From a virus (taxonomy: Duplodnaviria > Heunggongvirae > Uroviricota > Caudoviricetes): a DNA stretch of 64,000 nucleotides. The position numbers and the translations under genes are program-made. Below, one piece after another: positions 29,315 through 39,100 of the stretch; within the stretch, counting starts at the first letter, position 1; every line of letters starts with the position of its first letter. The DNA is taken from the IMG/VR virus record IMGVR_UViG_3300028833_002727. One strand, 5' to 3'. The notes beneath the pieces were generated by a model. It was not told the DNA's origin. It searched no databases and saw nothing but the letters and a program-made list of their open reading frames with translations.

Positions 29315-30343
29315 ATGTTAACAGAGAAATTAAAGAAACATATAACAGATTTAATATATAACTTATTATCTGAAGGTATTCAGGATGCGAGTGATGAAGA
29401 ATTACTTGCAAAAATAACTTCAGGTGAAAAAGTTTTCCACCGCCCAAAAGACGCTTATGGTTCTGACCCGTTGGCTACCATAAAAAGTTTGTTCAGACGT
29501 GGTTTCTCGCGTGAATATACAGGTAGTAACGGTGGGAATATGTATGGTACAGGCGTTTATAACGTTTACAATTTGAGAAGTAGTAATGAAAAAGCGCGTG
29601 GATATGGTAGATACATATTACAATCATACGTAGTAGATGGTTATAAGAACTTCTTAATATTCAATAGCGACATCGCTAAAAAATATTACGGAGAAAACTG
29701 GTGGATTGGTAATCAAATTAAATTGTTAATGCCACCACAAATGGCGAGTAGAGTGTTACGAATGGTTGGGCATAATTTGTATATGAACGATTTCAAATCA
29801 CTCGATAAAAAAACTGCATCTATTGCTTATCAGATTTTCTCAATTGTTGGTGAATCTGGTATGAGGCAAACAAAAATACGTGGCATTATATATGACGGTG
29901 GACATGATGGTTCATGTGCGTTCGTTAGGGATTTTAGTGATGTTTGCCCTTATGCTTATAGTGACGATAACGGTAAAACCTGGAAAAAAGGTATAACAAG
30001 AGAATTGATGCAACATGTGATGGGTAACATTGATACGGAATTTGAATTGAAAAACAGAATTGACTCTGCTGGCAATCGTAAATTCGATGATGTTGCGAAG
30101 AAATCAATTAACGGTTTTGCTATTGTTTACAAACATAACAAAGTTAATTATTATTCTGTTGAGACACGTAGTTTAATATCAAACGTTTGGTTTGATGAGG
30201 GTATGAACTTTGATGAAGATGGATACGCTGAAGTGGTTTACCAAGGCTCTCCATTGTGTGTTCACAATGATGGTGGCGGTGAGTATTCAATCACTGACAT
30301 GGACGGCGCATACTTATGCAAAATAAGTGATTTAGAAATGTAA
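29315..30343 (+). CDS. ADP-ribosyltransferase-like domain plus a WG-repeat-like C-terminus, with leader
   Basis: VFH...GF.....G.GGNMYGTGVY......A.GYG.YIL (PARP/ART-like); NGFAIV...VNY....LISNVWFD....F..DGYAEV. Confidence 0.6.
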   Translation: MLTEKLKKHITDLIYNLLSEGIQDASDEELLAKITSGEKVFHRPKDAYGSDPLATIKSLFRRGFSREYTGSNGGNMYGTGVYNVYNLRSSNEKARGYGRYILQSYVVDGYKNFLIFNSDIAKKYYGENWWIGNQIKLLMPPQMASRVLRMVGHNLYMNDFKSLDKKTASIAYQIFSIVGESGMRQTKIRGIIYDGGHDGSCAFVRDFSDVCPYAYSDDNGKTWKKGITRELMQHVMGNIDTEFELKNRIDSAGNRKFDDVAKKSINGFAIVYKHNKVNYYSVETRSLISNVWFDEGMNFDEDGYAEVVYQGSPLCVHNDGGGEYSITDMDGAYLCKISDLEM

Positions 30344-30354
30344 GAAATAAATAT

Positions 30355-31869
30355 ATGCAAGAGGCTTTTAGATTTAATAACGCACAAGCAAGAAACGACT
30401 ACTTCCGTAAACAAGCTGGAGGTGATGCTGCATCTGAAAATAAACCAGATGAGTTAGGACGTTTAAAAATATCATACAGTGAAGGTACTGTACCAGTTGT
30501 TGCTGGCGGTAAAGTTACACAATTACCTGTACACAATATCTTTCTTTATAATTTACAACCAAATGATGTACAAGAAATTATACGTGAATTAACAGCACAA
30601 AAGAAAGAAACCAGAACACAAAATGCTTTTGTTCCTAGAAGAAACGTAAGGGATTGTGTACAAATCCGTGTTGGTGAAAACGATATGGAACAATGGTTGC
30701 AAACTGGTATGCATGTAGTTCAAAACATTCTACGCCAATCAGGTGTTTATGATGAACAAGAAATCAATGACATGCCGGGTTACATTTCAAACGTTGCTGT
30801 TAGTAAGGCACAAATGAGACAAGAATATCAAAATGCTGAAAATAAAGCAATTGATGTATGGTTGGCATATTTAAAAGATATTAACAACCCTGAAGTTGTT
30901 TCTAAATTACAGGCTTATCAACGTGTATATCGTTATTTAGATGTTCAATATGGACATGTAAAAAGTGCAAAGAATGTTGCTGCTATTTTAGCAACAGATT
31001 CTAATGCAACATTTATTTTAACAGCCGCAGAATGGAGAGATTTCAACAGATACGTTAAACCGAACGCTAAACGTTTCTATGTATTAGTCCCATTGATTGA
31101 TAACGTTGATAAAAGTAAATTGGATGCGGTAATTGATAAATGTGGATGGGGCGGCACAGCATATTGTGATTTACCATTCCAAGTTCAACAGTTAGTTGAT
31201 ATGAAATGTCAGGAATTAGATATTGCTCCCCCATTTGCACATTACATTGAATTTGATATTTCAGACACTGAAGTTATTCCTGGAAAAGAGGATATATTCA
31301 ATACACAAATTGGTTTAGCAAATAACTTGACTGGAGAATTAAACGACAAAGCCAAAGAAGATTACGCTAAAAAACACGGTAATGAGGATATGCCTGAGGA
31401 TCAGGAAATGATGCAAAGAACGAAACAAGCAGCAGAATTTATTGTAAACTTCTGTCAAAAACAACATATTCCTTTCAAATATAATGAAACTGATAGCCCA
31501 TCTACAATTTTAGTTAATGGCTTAGTGGCTTATTATAAATCAGTTGCTGAAGCAGATGCTAACATTGATAAAGATACAAACAAAGAGATATTTGCAAAGA
31601 ACGCAACATTGTTTACATTGATTATAACTAATTTAGCGTTAGATAAAATTTCAAACTTCGGACATCCGGTTGAATATACAAAACAAGAGGCTGCTGAATT
31701 CCTAAAAAGTGTTACATATGTATTGAATAGATTAGAGCCAGCACTTGCTCTTCAACCACAGGCTGTTGAGGTTAATGAATCCGCAATGCCAAAATCAATA
31801 CGAAGTAAAGATGAAATTTTACAGCAGTTCCGCAAATTCTGTAAACAAATTGGTATAAGAATTATATAA
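30355..31869 (+). CDS. Protein with an ArdC-N-like (ssDNA-binding/antirestriction) domain
   Basis: SAKNVAAIL....ATFILTAAEWRDFNRYVKPNAKRFYVLVP...FDISDT matches the S..N..LI..Q...AT.V....W...R.V..G.K...I..P...FDISQT pattern. Confidence 0.65.
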   Translation: MQEAFRFNNAQARNDYFRKQAGGDAASENKPDELGRLKISYSEGTVPVVAGGKVTQLPVHNIFLYNLQPNDVQEIIRELTAQKKETRTQNAFVPRRNVRDCVQIRVGENDMEQWLQTGMHVVQNILRQSGVYDEQEINDMPGYISNVAVSKAQMRQEYQNAENKAIDVWLAYLKDINNPEVVSKLQAYQRVYRYLDVQYGHVKSAKNVAAILATDSNATFILTAAEWRDFNRYVKPNAKRFYVLVPLIDNVDKSKLDAVIDKCGWGGTAYCDLPFQVQQLVDMKCQELDIAPPFAHYIEFDISDTEVIPGKEDIFNTQIGLANNLTGELNDKAKEDYAKKHGNEDMPEDQEMMQRTKQAAEFIVNFCQKQHIPFKYNETDSPSTILVNGLVAYYKSVAEADANIDKDTNKEIFAKNATLFTLIITNLALDKISNFGHPVEYTKQEAAEFLKSVTYVLNRLEPALALQPQAVEVNESAMPKSIRSKDEILQQFRKFCKQIGIRII

Positions 31870-31885
31870 AAAACAATATAAAGAT

Positions 31886-33007
31886 ATGGCAGTAACAGAA
31901 GAAGTTGCAACATTATTCAGACGTTTTAAAAGTGAAATGGGTGCCCCAATCCTTGAAGTTGAATTAACCGACGAACAATTATGTGATTTATTAGCGATGG
32001 CTGTTGAAGACTACGCTGAAAAGGTACAAAACTGGGTTATTGAAACTAACTGGGCTAACTTTTCAAATAAGAATTTGTCAAATATGGATTTGGCATATGC
32101 TTTGTCTGTGCGTACTTTCGATATGACAAGGGACTTTAGTTACTGGTTTTCAAAAGAAGCGGGACTACAACAAAGAGGTCCTTGGGAATTAAAGAAAGAT
32201 TACATTACTATTGAACAAGGCAAACAAAATTATATCATACCAGCAGGTAGAGAGATAAACAGTGTTATGTGGTGTAACCCAAGCACATCTCAGGCGGCAT
32301 TATATGCAAACTACGGCGGATTAGATATGTTAGGTTTTGCTGGTGGTTATGGACAAGCTGGTGGTGGCTCATTCGGACCAATTGGTGGTTTCTATATTGC
32401 ACAAAGTTATGATATTGCGTATATGGCAACTGACTTACAATACAAAAACAGATTACTTAGGGGTGATTTAACCTACAAAGTAACTGCGGGTCCTGAAGGT
32501 ACAAGAATACTACACTTGTATTCAACACCGGGTTCAAAACTAACGTTTGGTAATACGTATAATCCTATGGGTGGTATTAGTCTTGTAGGTTGTGAAGTTT
32601 GGTATACATATTACGATACAAACGGTGATGCTGATGAATGTAGACGCCAAAATCCGGATGTTATTATATCTCCAGACCAGGTGCCTTTGAATAAAATGGA
32701 ATTGGCATACATGAATGAACCTACTAAAGTCACAGTTCGTAAGATATTCTTTGCAAAGGCTAAACGCGCTTTGGCTAATGTACGTGGTAAATTTAGTGGC
32801 GTTATTAAGATACATGATGCAGAGGCTAATCTTGATTATATGATGTTAATGAATCAAGCCGATAAAGAGTATGATGCTGTAATGAAAGAACTTGAAGAGA
32901 GACTTGATAGAATGGCGCCATGGAACATGTTGGCAAAACAAGCAGAGATGGTGGAAAACACAAAGAAAGTTTTGAGTGGAACACCAATGAAAATGAAAGC
33001 AATATAA
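31886..33007 (+). CDS. Neck/head-tail adaptor protein (T4 gp13-like)
   Basis: MGAPILEVELTDEQL...AVEDY; AKAKRALANVRGKFSG...LDY..L..A..E...L.E.L. Confidence 0.85.
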   Translation: MAVTEEVATLFRRFKSEMGAPILEVELTDEQLCDLLAMAVEDYAEKVQNWVIETNWANFSNKNLSNMDLAYALSVRTFDMTRDFSYWFSKEAGLQQRGPWELKKDYITIEQGKQNYIIPAGREINSVMWCNPSTSQAALYANYGGLDMLGFAGGYGQAGGGSFGPIGGFYIAQSYDIAYMATDLQYKNRLLRGDLTYKVTAGPEGTRILHLYSTPGSKLTFGNTYNPMGGISLVGCEVWYTYYDTNGDADECRRQNPDVIISPDQVPLNKMELAYMNEPTKVTVRKIFFAKAKRALANVRGKFSGVIKIHDAEANLDYMMLMNQADKEYDAVMKELEERLDRMAPWNMLAKQAEMVENTKKVLSGTPMKMKAI

Positions 33008-33073
33008 TCTTTTAAGATTAAACAAGTATTTATTAGTAAGAAAATAATAAGAAACAAAACACGTGTTATAATT

Positions 33074-33460
33074 ATGGCAAAAGAAGTTATTAAACTAAAA
33101 GAATCAGAATTAAGACAAATGGTTAGTGAGGTAATTCGCGAATCACTCGATGAAGGTTTCTGGAACCAAACAAAAAGCGCGGCAGGTACATTATTCGGAA
33201 AAGGAAACGGCAACCTTAAAACCAGACTTAGTGGCGCTAGAAAAAACTGGAGTTCACAAGGTGAATTAGATGATATTAACGGTTTACGTGCTCAATTAAC
33301 AAAGTTGTTAGATGACCGTAAAATCACTCCAGAAACAACAGTTGGACAATTAGTTGGTGGTAAATACAACAACAACAAATTTGGTACAATGTCAGGTATT
33401 GCAGCAAACAGACAAGCGCAAATCAAGCGTAGAGGTGGACAAAGTTACGAAGAAGAATAA
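33074..33460 (+). CDS. Small leader-bearing protein
   Basis: MAKEVIKLKESELRQMVSEVIRESLDEG; TATTTAT at 33027. Confidence 0.8.
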   Translation: MAKEVIKLKESELRQMVSEVIRESLDEGFWNQTKSAAGTLFGKGNGNLKTRLSGARKNWSSQGELDDINGLRAQLTKLLDDRKITPETTVGQLVGGKYNNNKFGTMSGIAANRQAQIKRRGGQSYEEE

Positions 33461-33461
33461 T

Positions 33462-33914
33462 TTATCTATCTATTAACCATAAAACTACTCTTTCCCACAT
33501 TTTGGGGAAGAGTTTTTTATTTATGTATTCAAACTTTGGATGTACCTCTATTTTTAATCCATAATCTTTCAATAAACGTCTACAGTGTTTTCTGAAATGT
33601 CTGCCATGCCCTAAAACACCATCAATACGTACACCTTCAATAGTTCTAACATACATGTGTATCATTTCATGTACTAATATTAAACGAAGAGTTTCATCAG
33701 TCCATCTTACACATCTTCCAATTCTGATTATACTGTATAAATTACCTTTACTATCACGTTGAGGTGTGTATGAACCGTAATCGCTGTTATTGACACCAAT
33801 TATATAAAAACGGCATTTATCAAGTTTACCACAAAAGTATTGCTTGTTATAAATGTCGAAGCGTCTCTTCAGTTCATCTTTAGTTAATGTAATATATTCT
33901 TGTTTGTCCGCCAT
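33462..33914 (-). CDS. SprT-like zinc metalloprotease (no leader)
   Basis: FDIYNKQYFCGKL, LVHEMIH, GHGRHF. Confidence 0.88.
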   Translation of the reverse strand: MADKQEYITLTKDELKRRFDIYNKQYFCGKLDKCRFYIIGVNNSDYGSYTPQRDSKGNLYSIIRIGRCVRWTDETLRLILVHEMIHMYVRTIEGVRIDGVLGHGRHFRKHCRRLLKDYGLKIEVHPKFEYINKKLFPKMWERVVLWLIDR

Positions 33915-33928
33915 ATCAAATTTTTTTG

Positions 33929-33960
33929 CAAAGATAATAATAATTTTTCAAATAACCAAA
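33929..33960 (-). promoter_or_regulatory. Canonical Bacteroidota primary-sigma promoter (-33 TTTG / -7 TAnnTTTG)
   Basis: Minus strand TTTG (33960-33957), 20-nt spacer, TATCTTTG (33936-33929), 14 nt upstream of the ATG at 33914. Confidence 0.85.
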
Positions 33961-34053
33961 ATCATGTGCGCCTTTTATTGACTTTTCGGGAAAATAGTAT
34001 AGTTTTTAAGTAAAGGAAGTATTTATTATTAAGAAAAATAATGCATTTAGAAT

Positions 34054-36084
34054 ATGGCACAAACTACAGATACAAGAACAAGTTTTCAAAAGTTAACTGA
34101 TGTAATTATTGGTTTGAATACCAACTCAAAACCATCAGTAACAACACAGAGCGTTACTTACAATATGACGCCTGGTAATGCCGTTCTATACACGTTCGAC
34201 AATAAACATGACAGAGACACTAAATTAGCGTACTTAAAACATCAACGTTTATTATCTTATCAATGGAAAAAGAGTGGCTACGAGACATCTATGGAACAAT
34301 TACCTGGCGCTCAACAAGTAAAGGTAATGTACCGCGATGCTGATTTAATGGCACAATGGCCTGAAATTGCTAGAGCACTTGAGATTATTTCAGAAGAATC
34401 AACAACAATTAAAAAAGGTAAAATGTTGAACATTTACTCTAAGTCACCACGTATTAAATCAATTCTTGAGGACTTATTTGTAAATCGTTTGAACATTCAT
34501 ACAATTCTGCCTGAAATCTTTTTCGACACATGTAAATATGGTAACGATTTCCGTTTATTGAACATTAACGGAGAAGAAGGCGTATTGGGTTGGAGAAAGT
34601 TACCTACTCACCAAATGAGACGTTTAGAGAATGGTTTACAAAACATTTATGGTGGCGCAACAATTAACGCTAATCTATATAATTTAAAACCAGATGAAAC
34701 AAAATTCGTTTGGGAAGGACATAATGAGCAAATACCATTCTTAAACTGGCAGGTTGCTCACTTCAGATTGATACGTGACTCTATTTTCTTACCTTATGGT
34801 GTAAGTGTTATGAACTCAGCAAGACGTTTCTGGCGTATTCTAAGTATGATGGAAGATGCTATGTTACTTCATAGAGTTGAAAAGAGTATTGAACGTCGTA
34901 TCTATAAAGTTAATGTAGGTGCAATGGATCAGGATGACGTTTCAACATTCTTAGATGAATTTGCTAATACATTCAAGCGTGCTCCTATTGTCGACCCAAA
35001 AACTGGACAAATTGATTTAAGAAAAAACTTCCTAGATGTTAACGCTGATTATTTCATTCCTGTAAGAGATGGGCAGGATCCTACTAACATTGAAGTATTA
35101 CAAGGTTTGAATAGTCAACTTCAAATGGAAGATGTACAGTACATGCAGAACAAATTATTGACTGCAATGGGCGTACCTAAAAACTTCTTAAACTATCAAG
35201 ATTCAACAGGTAAACAACAAAACTTATCAATACAAGATATTCGTTTCTGCCGTTCAGTTAACTATTATCAACAAGTTATCTTAATGGAGTTGAATAAAAT
35301 TGCAATTATTCACTTGTATTTGTTAGGCTTCTATGAAGATTTAACAAACTTCACATTGTCACTTAACAACCCATCAAATCAAATTGAAATGATGGAGTTG
35401 GATAACATGGCAAAACGTTTAACAAATGCTGCTACAGCATTGGCTGAACAAGGTGGTGGTATTCCTTTAATGTCATGGCACCAAGTGCAAAAAGAAATTA
35501 TGGGTAGAACTGATGCTGAAATAGCTACTACACTTGATGAAATCAGATTAGAAAAGGCTATTGCTGCTGAGTTAATGTTGACAAGTCAAATTATTAAGAA
35601 GACAAATATCTTTGATAAAGTTGATAGAATCTATGGTGAGCCTGGAGCACAATACGATTTCAGTGCATTGCAACCTGACGGTGGTGGTGCATTAGGAGGC
35701 GGCGGAGGCGCTGCACCACCACTTGGTGGAGGCGGCTTCGGAGATGATTTAGGCGATTTAGGAGCACCAGGCGGTGAAGATATGGGTGATTTAGGCGGTG
35801 AAGAAGGAATGTCTGATTTGGGTGATGTTGCTGAAACAGACAACACACAAGAAAATCTCATGGAAACCGTTAAAAAACGTGGTGGAAGAATATTCGTAAA
35901 CGAGCGTTTGAATAGAATGGTGGACGATTACATAAAGAAATTAGTCGAAGCAGAAGATGGTGGAACAATTAAACCTGGCGGTTTAAACCATAATTTTATT
36001 GTTAATGAAGGTTTTAAAACCACTATCGACGAATTAGAGAAATTCAGCAAAAACAGAAGCGAATTGGATGATTTATTAGACTAA
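34054..36084 (+). CDS. gp20: Portal protein (T4 gp20-like)
   Basis: PEIARALEIISEE, VAHFRL...PYG.S....ARR.WR.L.MMEDAML.HR....ERRIYKVNVG, DYFIPVR, VPKNFL, DIRF.R. Confidence 0.96.
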   Translation: MAQTTDTRTSFQKLTDVIIGLNTNSKPSVTTQSVTYNMTPGNAVLYTFDNKHDRDTKLAYLKHQRLLSYQWKKSGYETSMEQLPGAQQVKVMYRDADLMAQWPEIARALEIISEESTTIKKGKMLNIYSKSPRIKSILEDLFVNRLNIHTILPEIFFDTCKYGNDFRLLNINGEEGVLGWRKLPTHQMRRLENGLQNIYGGATINANLYNLKPDETKFVWEGHNEQIPFLNWQVAHFRLIRDSIFLPYGVSVMNSARRFWRILSMMEDAMLLHRVEKSIERRIYKVNVGAMDQDDVSTFLDEFANTFKRAPIVDPKTGQIDLRKNFLDVNADYFIPVRDGQDPTNIEVLQGLNSQLQMEDVQYMQNKLLTAMGVPKNFLNYQDSTGKQQNLSIQDIRFCRSVNYYQQVILMELNKIAIIHLYLLGFYEDLTNFTLSLNNPSNQIEMMELDNMAKRLTNAATALAEQGGGIPLMSWHQVQKEIMGRTDAEIATTLDEIRLEKAIAAELMLTSQIIKKTNIFDKVDRIYGEPGAQYDFSALQPDGGGALGGGGGAAPPLGGGGFGDDLGDLGAPGGEDMGDLGGEEGMSDLGDVAETDNTQENLMETVKKRGGRIFVNERLNRMVDDYIKKLVEAEDGGTIKPGGLNHNFIVNEGFKTTIDELEKFSKNRSELDDLLD

Positions 36085-36115
36085 AGAAGTATTTATAGTT
36101 AAAGAATTATTGAAT

Positions 36116-37033
36116 ATGAAACAAATAGATATAAATAAAAGCAAAGATTTAATCGCTCTCAAAGAGAGTTTAAACAATGTCATAGATAAAAAAATCGCAC
36201 AACAACGTTTATCTGAAAAACTTAACGAAATGAAAAATTTATCTTTCGGCGAGTATAAATCATTGTATGATGACATTATCAATGATTTGAGTGATATTAA
36301 CCTTAATGAGAGTATGAAGAGTCTTGCTTCATATGTTAAATTGCTTAAAGAGAACAAGGCGATTAGAAGCGTATATAAAATTATCGACCATGTTGGCTTA
36401 GATACCACATCTGATCCAACCATTACAGCATATGCATGGGCAACTATCTTGGAGAGTGTTGATAAGAAACAACTAAAAGAAGGTGAACAAAAAATGTATA
36501 ACATATACAAACGCGCTTGCGGTATGGTTAATAATGTTACACCTGAACGCATTGATAACATATTAGCAGAATCCAAGTCAGTGAACGACGCTGTAAAATA
36601 TCTTACACATCACAGCAATAGTTCAAATATCAATAAATTGAATGAGCGTGTGAATAGTATCAACGTTTTGAGTAACCTTATAAAAGAAAACGCCACAATT
36701 GAAAAACCACAAATAGAAGTTAACAAAGAAAATTCTGATTTAATTTCAGAATTAAATAATGTTTTTGTTAATGAATATACTGAATGGGAAAACAAGGTAC
36801 TAAAAGATTTGTCAGTTTGTTATGCTTCTGGCGGTGATACAAGAGAATTGTTTGAACAATATAAAACAAGTTGCATTGAAGCTATTGATTCTATTGATGA
36901 TGAGGATTTAACAACGAAGTCAAGACTTCATGGTATGAAGCAACAGTTAATGGAAAAAGAATATAATAAAGAAACATTACAAGAGGATTTATTTAAACTC
37001 GCTGAATTAAAAGAAACTATCTTGGGTGAATAA
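36116..37033 (+). CDS. Hypothetical helical protein downstream of the portal
   Basis: Long ORF, TATTTAT at 36090, numerous L/I-x-E sites. Confidence 0.8.
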   Translation: MKQIDINKSKDLIALKESLNNVIDKKIAQQRLSEKLNEMKNLSFGEYKSLYDDIINDLSDINLNESMKSLASYVKLLKENKAIRSVYKIIDHVGLDTTSDPTITAYAWATILESVDKKQLKEGEQKMYNIYKRACGMVNNVTPERIDNILAESKSVNDAVKYLTHHSNSSNINKLNERVNSINVLSNLIKENATIEKPQIEVNKENSDLISELNNVFVNEYTEWENKVLKDLSVCYASGGDTRELFEQYKTSCIEAIDSIDDEDLTTKSRLHGMKQQLMEKEYNKETLQEDLFKLAELKETILGE

Positions 37034-37554
37034 TGAAAAAGGTTTTACTAACAGAGTCACAGATAAGACTAATCAATGAAGAAATAGATAGAAATGATTC
37101 TATTCAAAAATTGATTTTTGCTGAACCATCTGAAATTGAATTTGAGGAGGATGACAGTGTTGTACCTGCTGGCGTCCCTGTTAGTCGTGGTTATTGCCGT
37201 TTAATACCAATTATCGACGGTAAAAAAATAGATGAGAAATACGTAAAATTCACTGCTGAAGAAATCCGCGTAAAAAATCATGCTATTTATCAACTACACA
37301 TATACGTAGATTACAATATTAGACGTCTTGGTATTGCTGAAAAACTTTATACGGCATTTATATTGCAAGGCTACCCAGCGTGTTCATTATATTGTAATCG
37401 CGCATCATCATTCTACAGAGACAATGGCAGTGAAATAAAATCTGACGAGGCAATTGATAATTTGTGGAATAAATTGGCACAGAATCCGCAAATATCTGTA
37501 AAACCCATGAAATATAACGGAGAACAAATTGGTGTGATTGGATTACGCAAATGA
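37033..37554 (+). CDS. GNAT-family acetyltransferase-like protein with leader
   Basis: MKKVLLTESQIRLINEE; HIYVDYNIRRLGIAEKLY (acetyl-CoA binding motif A); A..LWNKL. Confidence 0.75.
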   Translation: MKKVLLTESQIRLINEEIDRNDSIQKLIFAEPSEIEFEEDDSVVPAGVPVSRGYCRLIPIIDGKKIDEKYVKFTAEEIRVKNHAIYQLHIYVDYNIRRLGIAEKLYTAFILQGYPACSLYCNRASSFYRDNGSEIKSDEAIDNLWNKLAQNPQISVKPMKYNGEQIGVIGLRK

Positions 37555-38237
37555 AAAAGGTTTATTTAACAGAACAGCAGTTCAATTATATTCTTGAACA
37601 ACAAATGTTGAATGAGGGTATAATGAAATATTTATACCAACGTTTCTTCGGTAAATGTCAAAATACTGGTGAATTAGTACAACGAGTGTTTTACTGGATT
37701 GGCGCTGGTATTATAAGTTTTGCAATTGCTGTTGATATAATACAAAACGGTAGAGATACTGGTGTTTTATCAAATCAAGACGCTATTGAAGTTATTGATG
37801 CAATTGCACAAAAAGCCCCAGTCGAAGAATGGAAACCAATTTGTAACGACGCCGTTGTTACAGTATACAATGCAAAACCAGAACAATGTAACAAAGATGT
37901 AGAACATACAGCATCAATGTTTAACTTAAATCTTGATAGCGTTGGTGGACATAGAATTGTAGCACTTGAAAGAAGTTTTATGAAAGAATTTGGTTTGAAA
38001 TTCGGTGATGTAATTAAAATTGTTGGAACGCATAAAGGTTTACAGGATGGTGTATATCAAATACAAGATGTGATGAACAAAAGATTTGCTGGACAGCACA
38101 AAATTGATGTACTGGTTCCAGATAGTATAACTCACGGAGGAACATGGCCTGAACAATATGCAACAATATATGTGCTCAATGATAAAAACAATACACAGCA
38201 ATATTTGGATTTAATGGCTCCAGAATACAAAAGATGA
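37551..38237 (+). CDS. 3D-domain (MltA-like cell-wall hydrolase) protein with leader and a hydrophobic segment
   Basis: MKKVYLTEQQFNYILE; VTVYN...QC..D..HTAS...IVALER...FGDVIKI...IQDVMNKRF...KIDVLV. Confidence 0.75.
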   Translation: MKKVYLTEQQFNYILEQQMLNEGIMKYLYQRFFGKCQNTGELVQRVFYWIGAGIISFAIAVDIIQNGRDTGVLSNQDAIEVIDAIAQKAPVEEWKPICNDAVVTVYNAKPEQCNKDVEHTASMFNLNLDSVGGHRIVALERSFMKEFGLKFGDVIKIVGTHKGLQDGVYQIQDVMNKRFAGQHKIDVLVPDSITHGGTWPEQYATIYVLNDKNNTQQYLDLMAPEYKR

Positions 38238-38319
38238 TAAATTATACTAAATAATATAGAAAGTCGTTAGAAATGGCTAAAAACAGGCAATAAATAAACG
38301 TTAATAAATAATAAAGCAT

Positions 38320-38538
38320 ATGAAAGTAAAAGTATCAAAAGAAGAATTAAGAGAATGCGTAGAAGGCGCTATGTTACGTCTTGTTAAAGAAGGTAAATCT
38401 TTACGTAAATTCAAAGATAACGAAGATAAATTCGGCGGCAAGCAACCAAAGCACGGTAAATTAGATGGTAGAAAACCAGGTGATAGAAAACCAAAAGGTG
38501 GCGCCAACAGTAAACGCTGGGAAAATTATGAAGATTAA
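38320..38538 (+). CDS. Small basic protein with a leader-like N-terminus
   Basis: MKVKVSKEELRECVEGAMLRLVKEG followed by a K/R/G-rich tail. Confidence 0.7.
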   Translation: MKVKVSKEELRECVEGAMLRLVKEGKSLRKFKDNEDKFGGKQPKHGKLDGRKPGDRKPKGGANSKRWENYED

Positions 38539-38562
38539 GTAGGAAAAACTACATACCCCCAC

Positions 38563-38590
38563 TTGACTTTTCGAAAAAATTAGCTATATT
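38563..38590 (+). promoter_or_regulatory. Sigma70-like promoter TTGACT-N16-TATATT
   Basis: ttgacttttcgaaaaaattagctatatt; the first 11 bp are shared with 33978-33988. Confidence 0.55.
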
Positions 38591-38616
38591 AGGGATATAG
38601 TTAATTTTTTTTTATT

Positions 38617-39069
38617 ATGGAAGAACAAAAGAGAAAAAGGTTGACAAGTGAAAAGTCACTTCAACACGACACGTTTAAGTTAAAACTAGGTACAACAGAC
38701 AAGACTAATCCATTGGTTGTATACCTTGAAGGTGGTGTTTTTATTACACCTAATGAAGAAAAAGATAGTTATGTAAATGACGTAAAGGCAATTAAATATG
38801 GTTTAAAGAAAACAATCCGAGAGAATCTTTCTAACAATAATTTCTTTGTTAATGATTATATTTTGGAATTTCAGATTGCCGACAAGGGAATAAAAACGAA
38901 TAAAAAGAGTTTTCTAACGTTCGATTTGATGTTGAAACAGCCAGCAGGTAGAATTTTAAAACTGAATGATGTGAAGAAACATACCGAGCAAAATATATAC
39001 GAAATAGTTAATTCATTGGAGCAAAACATCGTGGAACACAACTTTTCTTTGTCAAAAACGAAGAAATAA
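38617..39069 (+). CDS. Hypothetical protein
   Basis: Clean ORF with its own promoter-like element. Confidence 0.8.
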   Translation: MEEQKRKRLTSEKSLQHDTFKLKLGTTDKTNPLVVYLEGGVFITPNEEKDSYVNDVKAIKYGLKKTIRENLSNNNFFVNDYILEFQIADKGIKTNKKSFLTFDLMLKQPAGRILKLNDVKKHTEQNIYEIVNSLEQNIVEHNFSLSKTKK

Positions 39070-39100
39070 GAGTATTTATAGTAAATAAATATGCTAGAAT

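Noticed and set aside
35680-35830. GC-rich island in the portal 3' end
   Set aside because: Explained by a Gly/Asp/Leu low-complexity tail (GGGG, DLG repeats), not foreign DNA.
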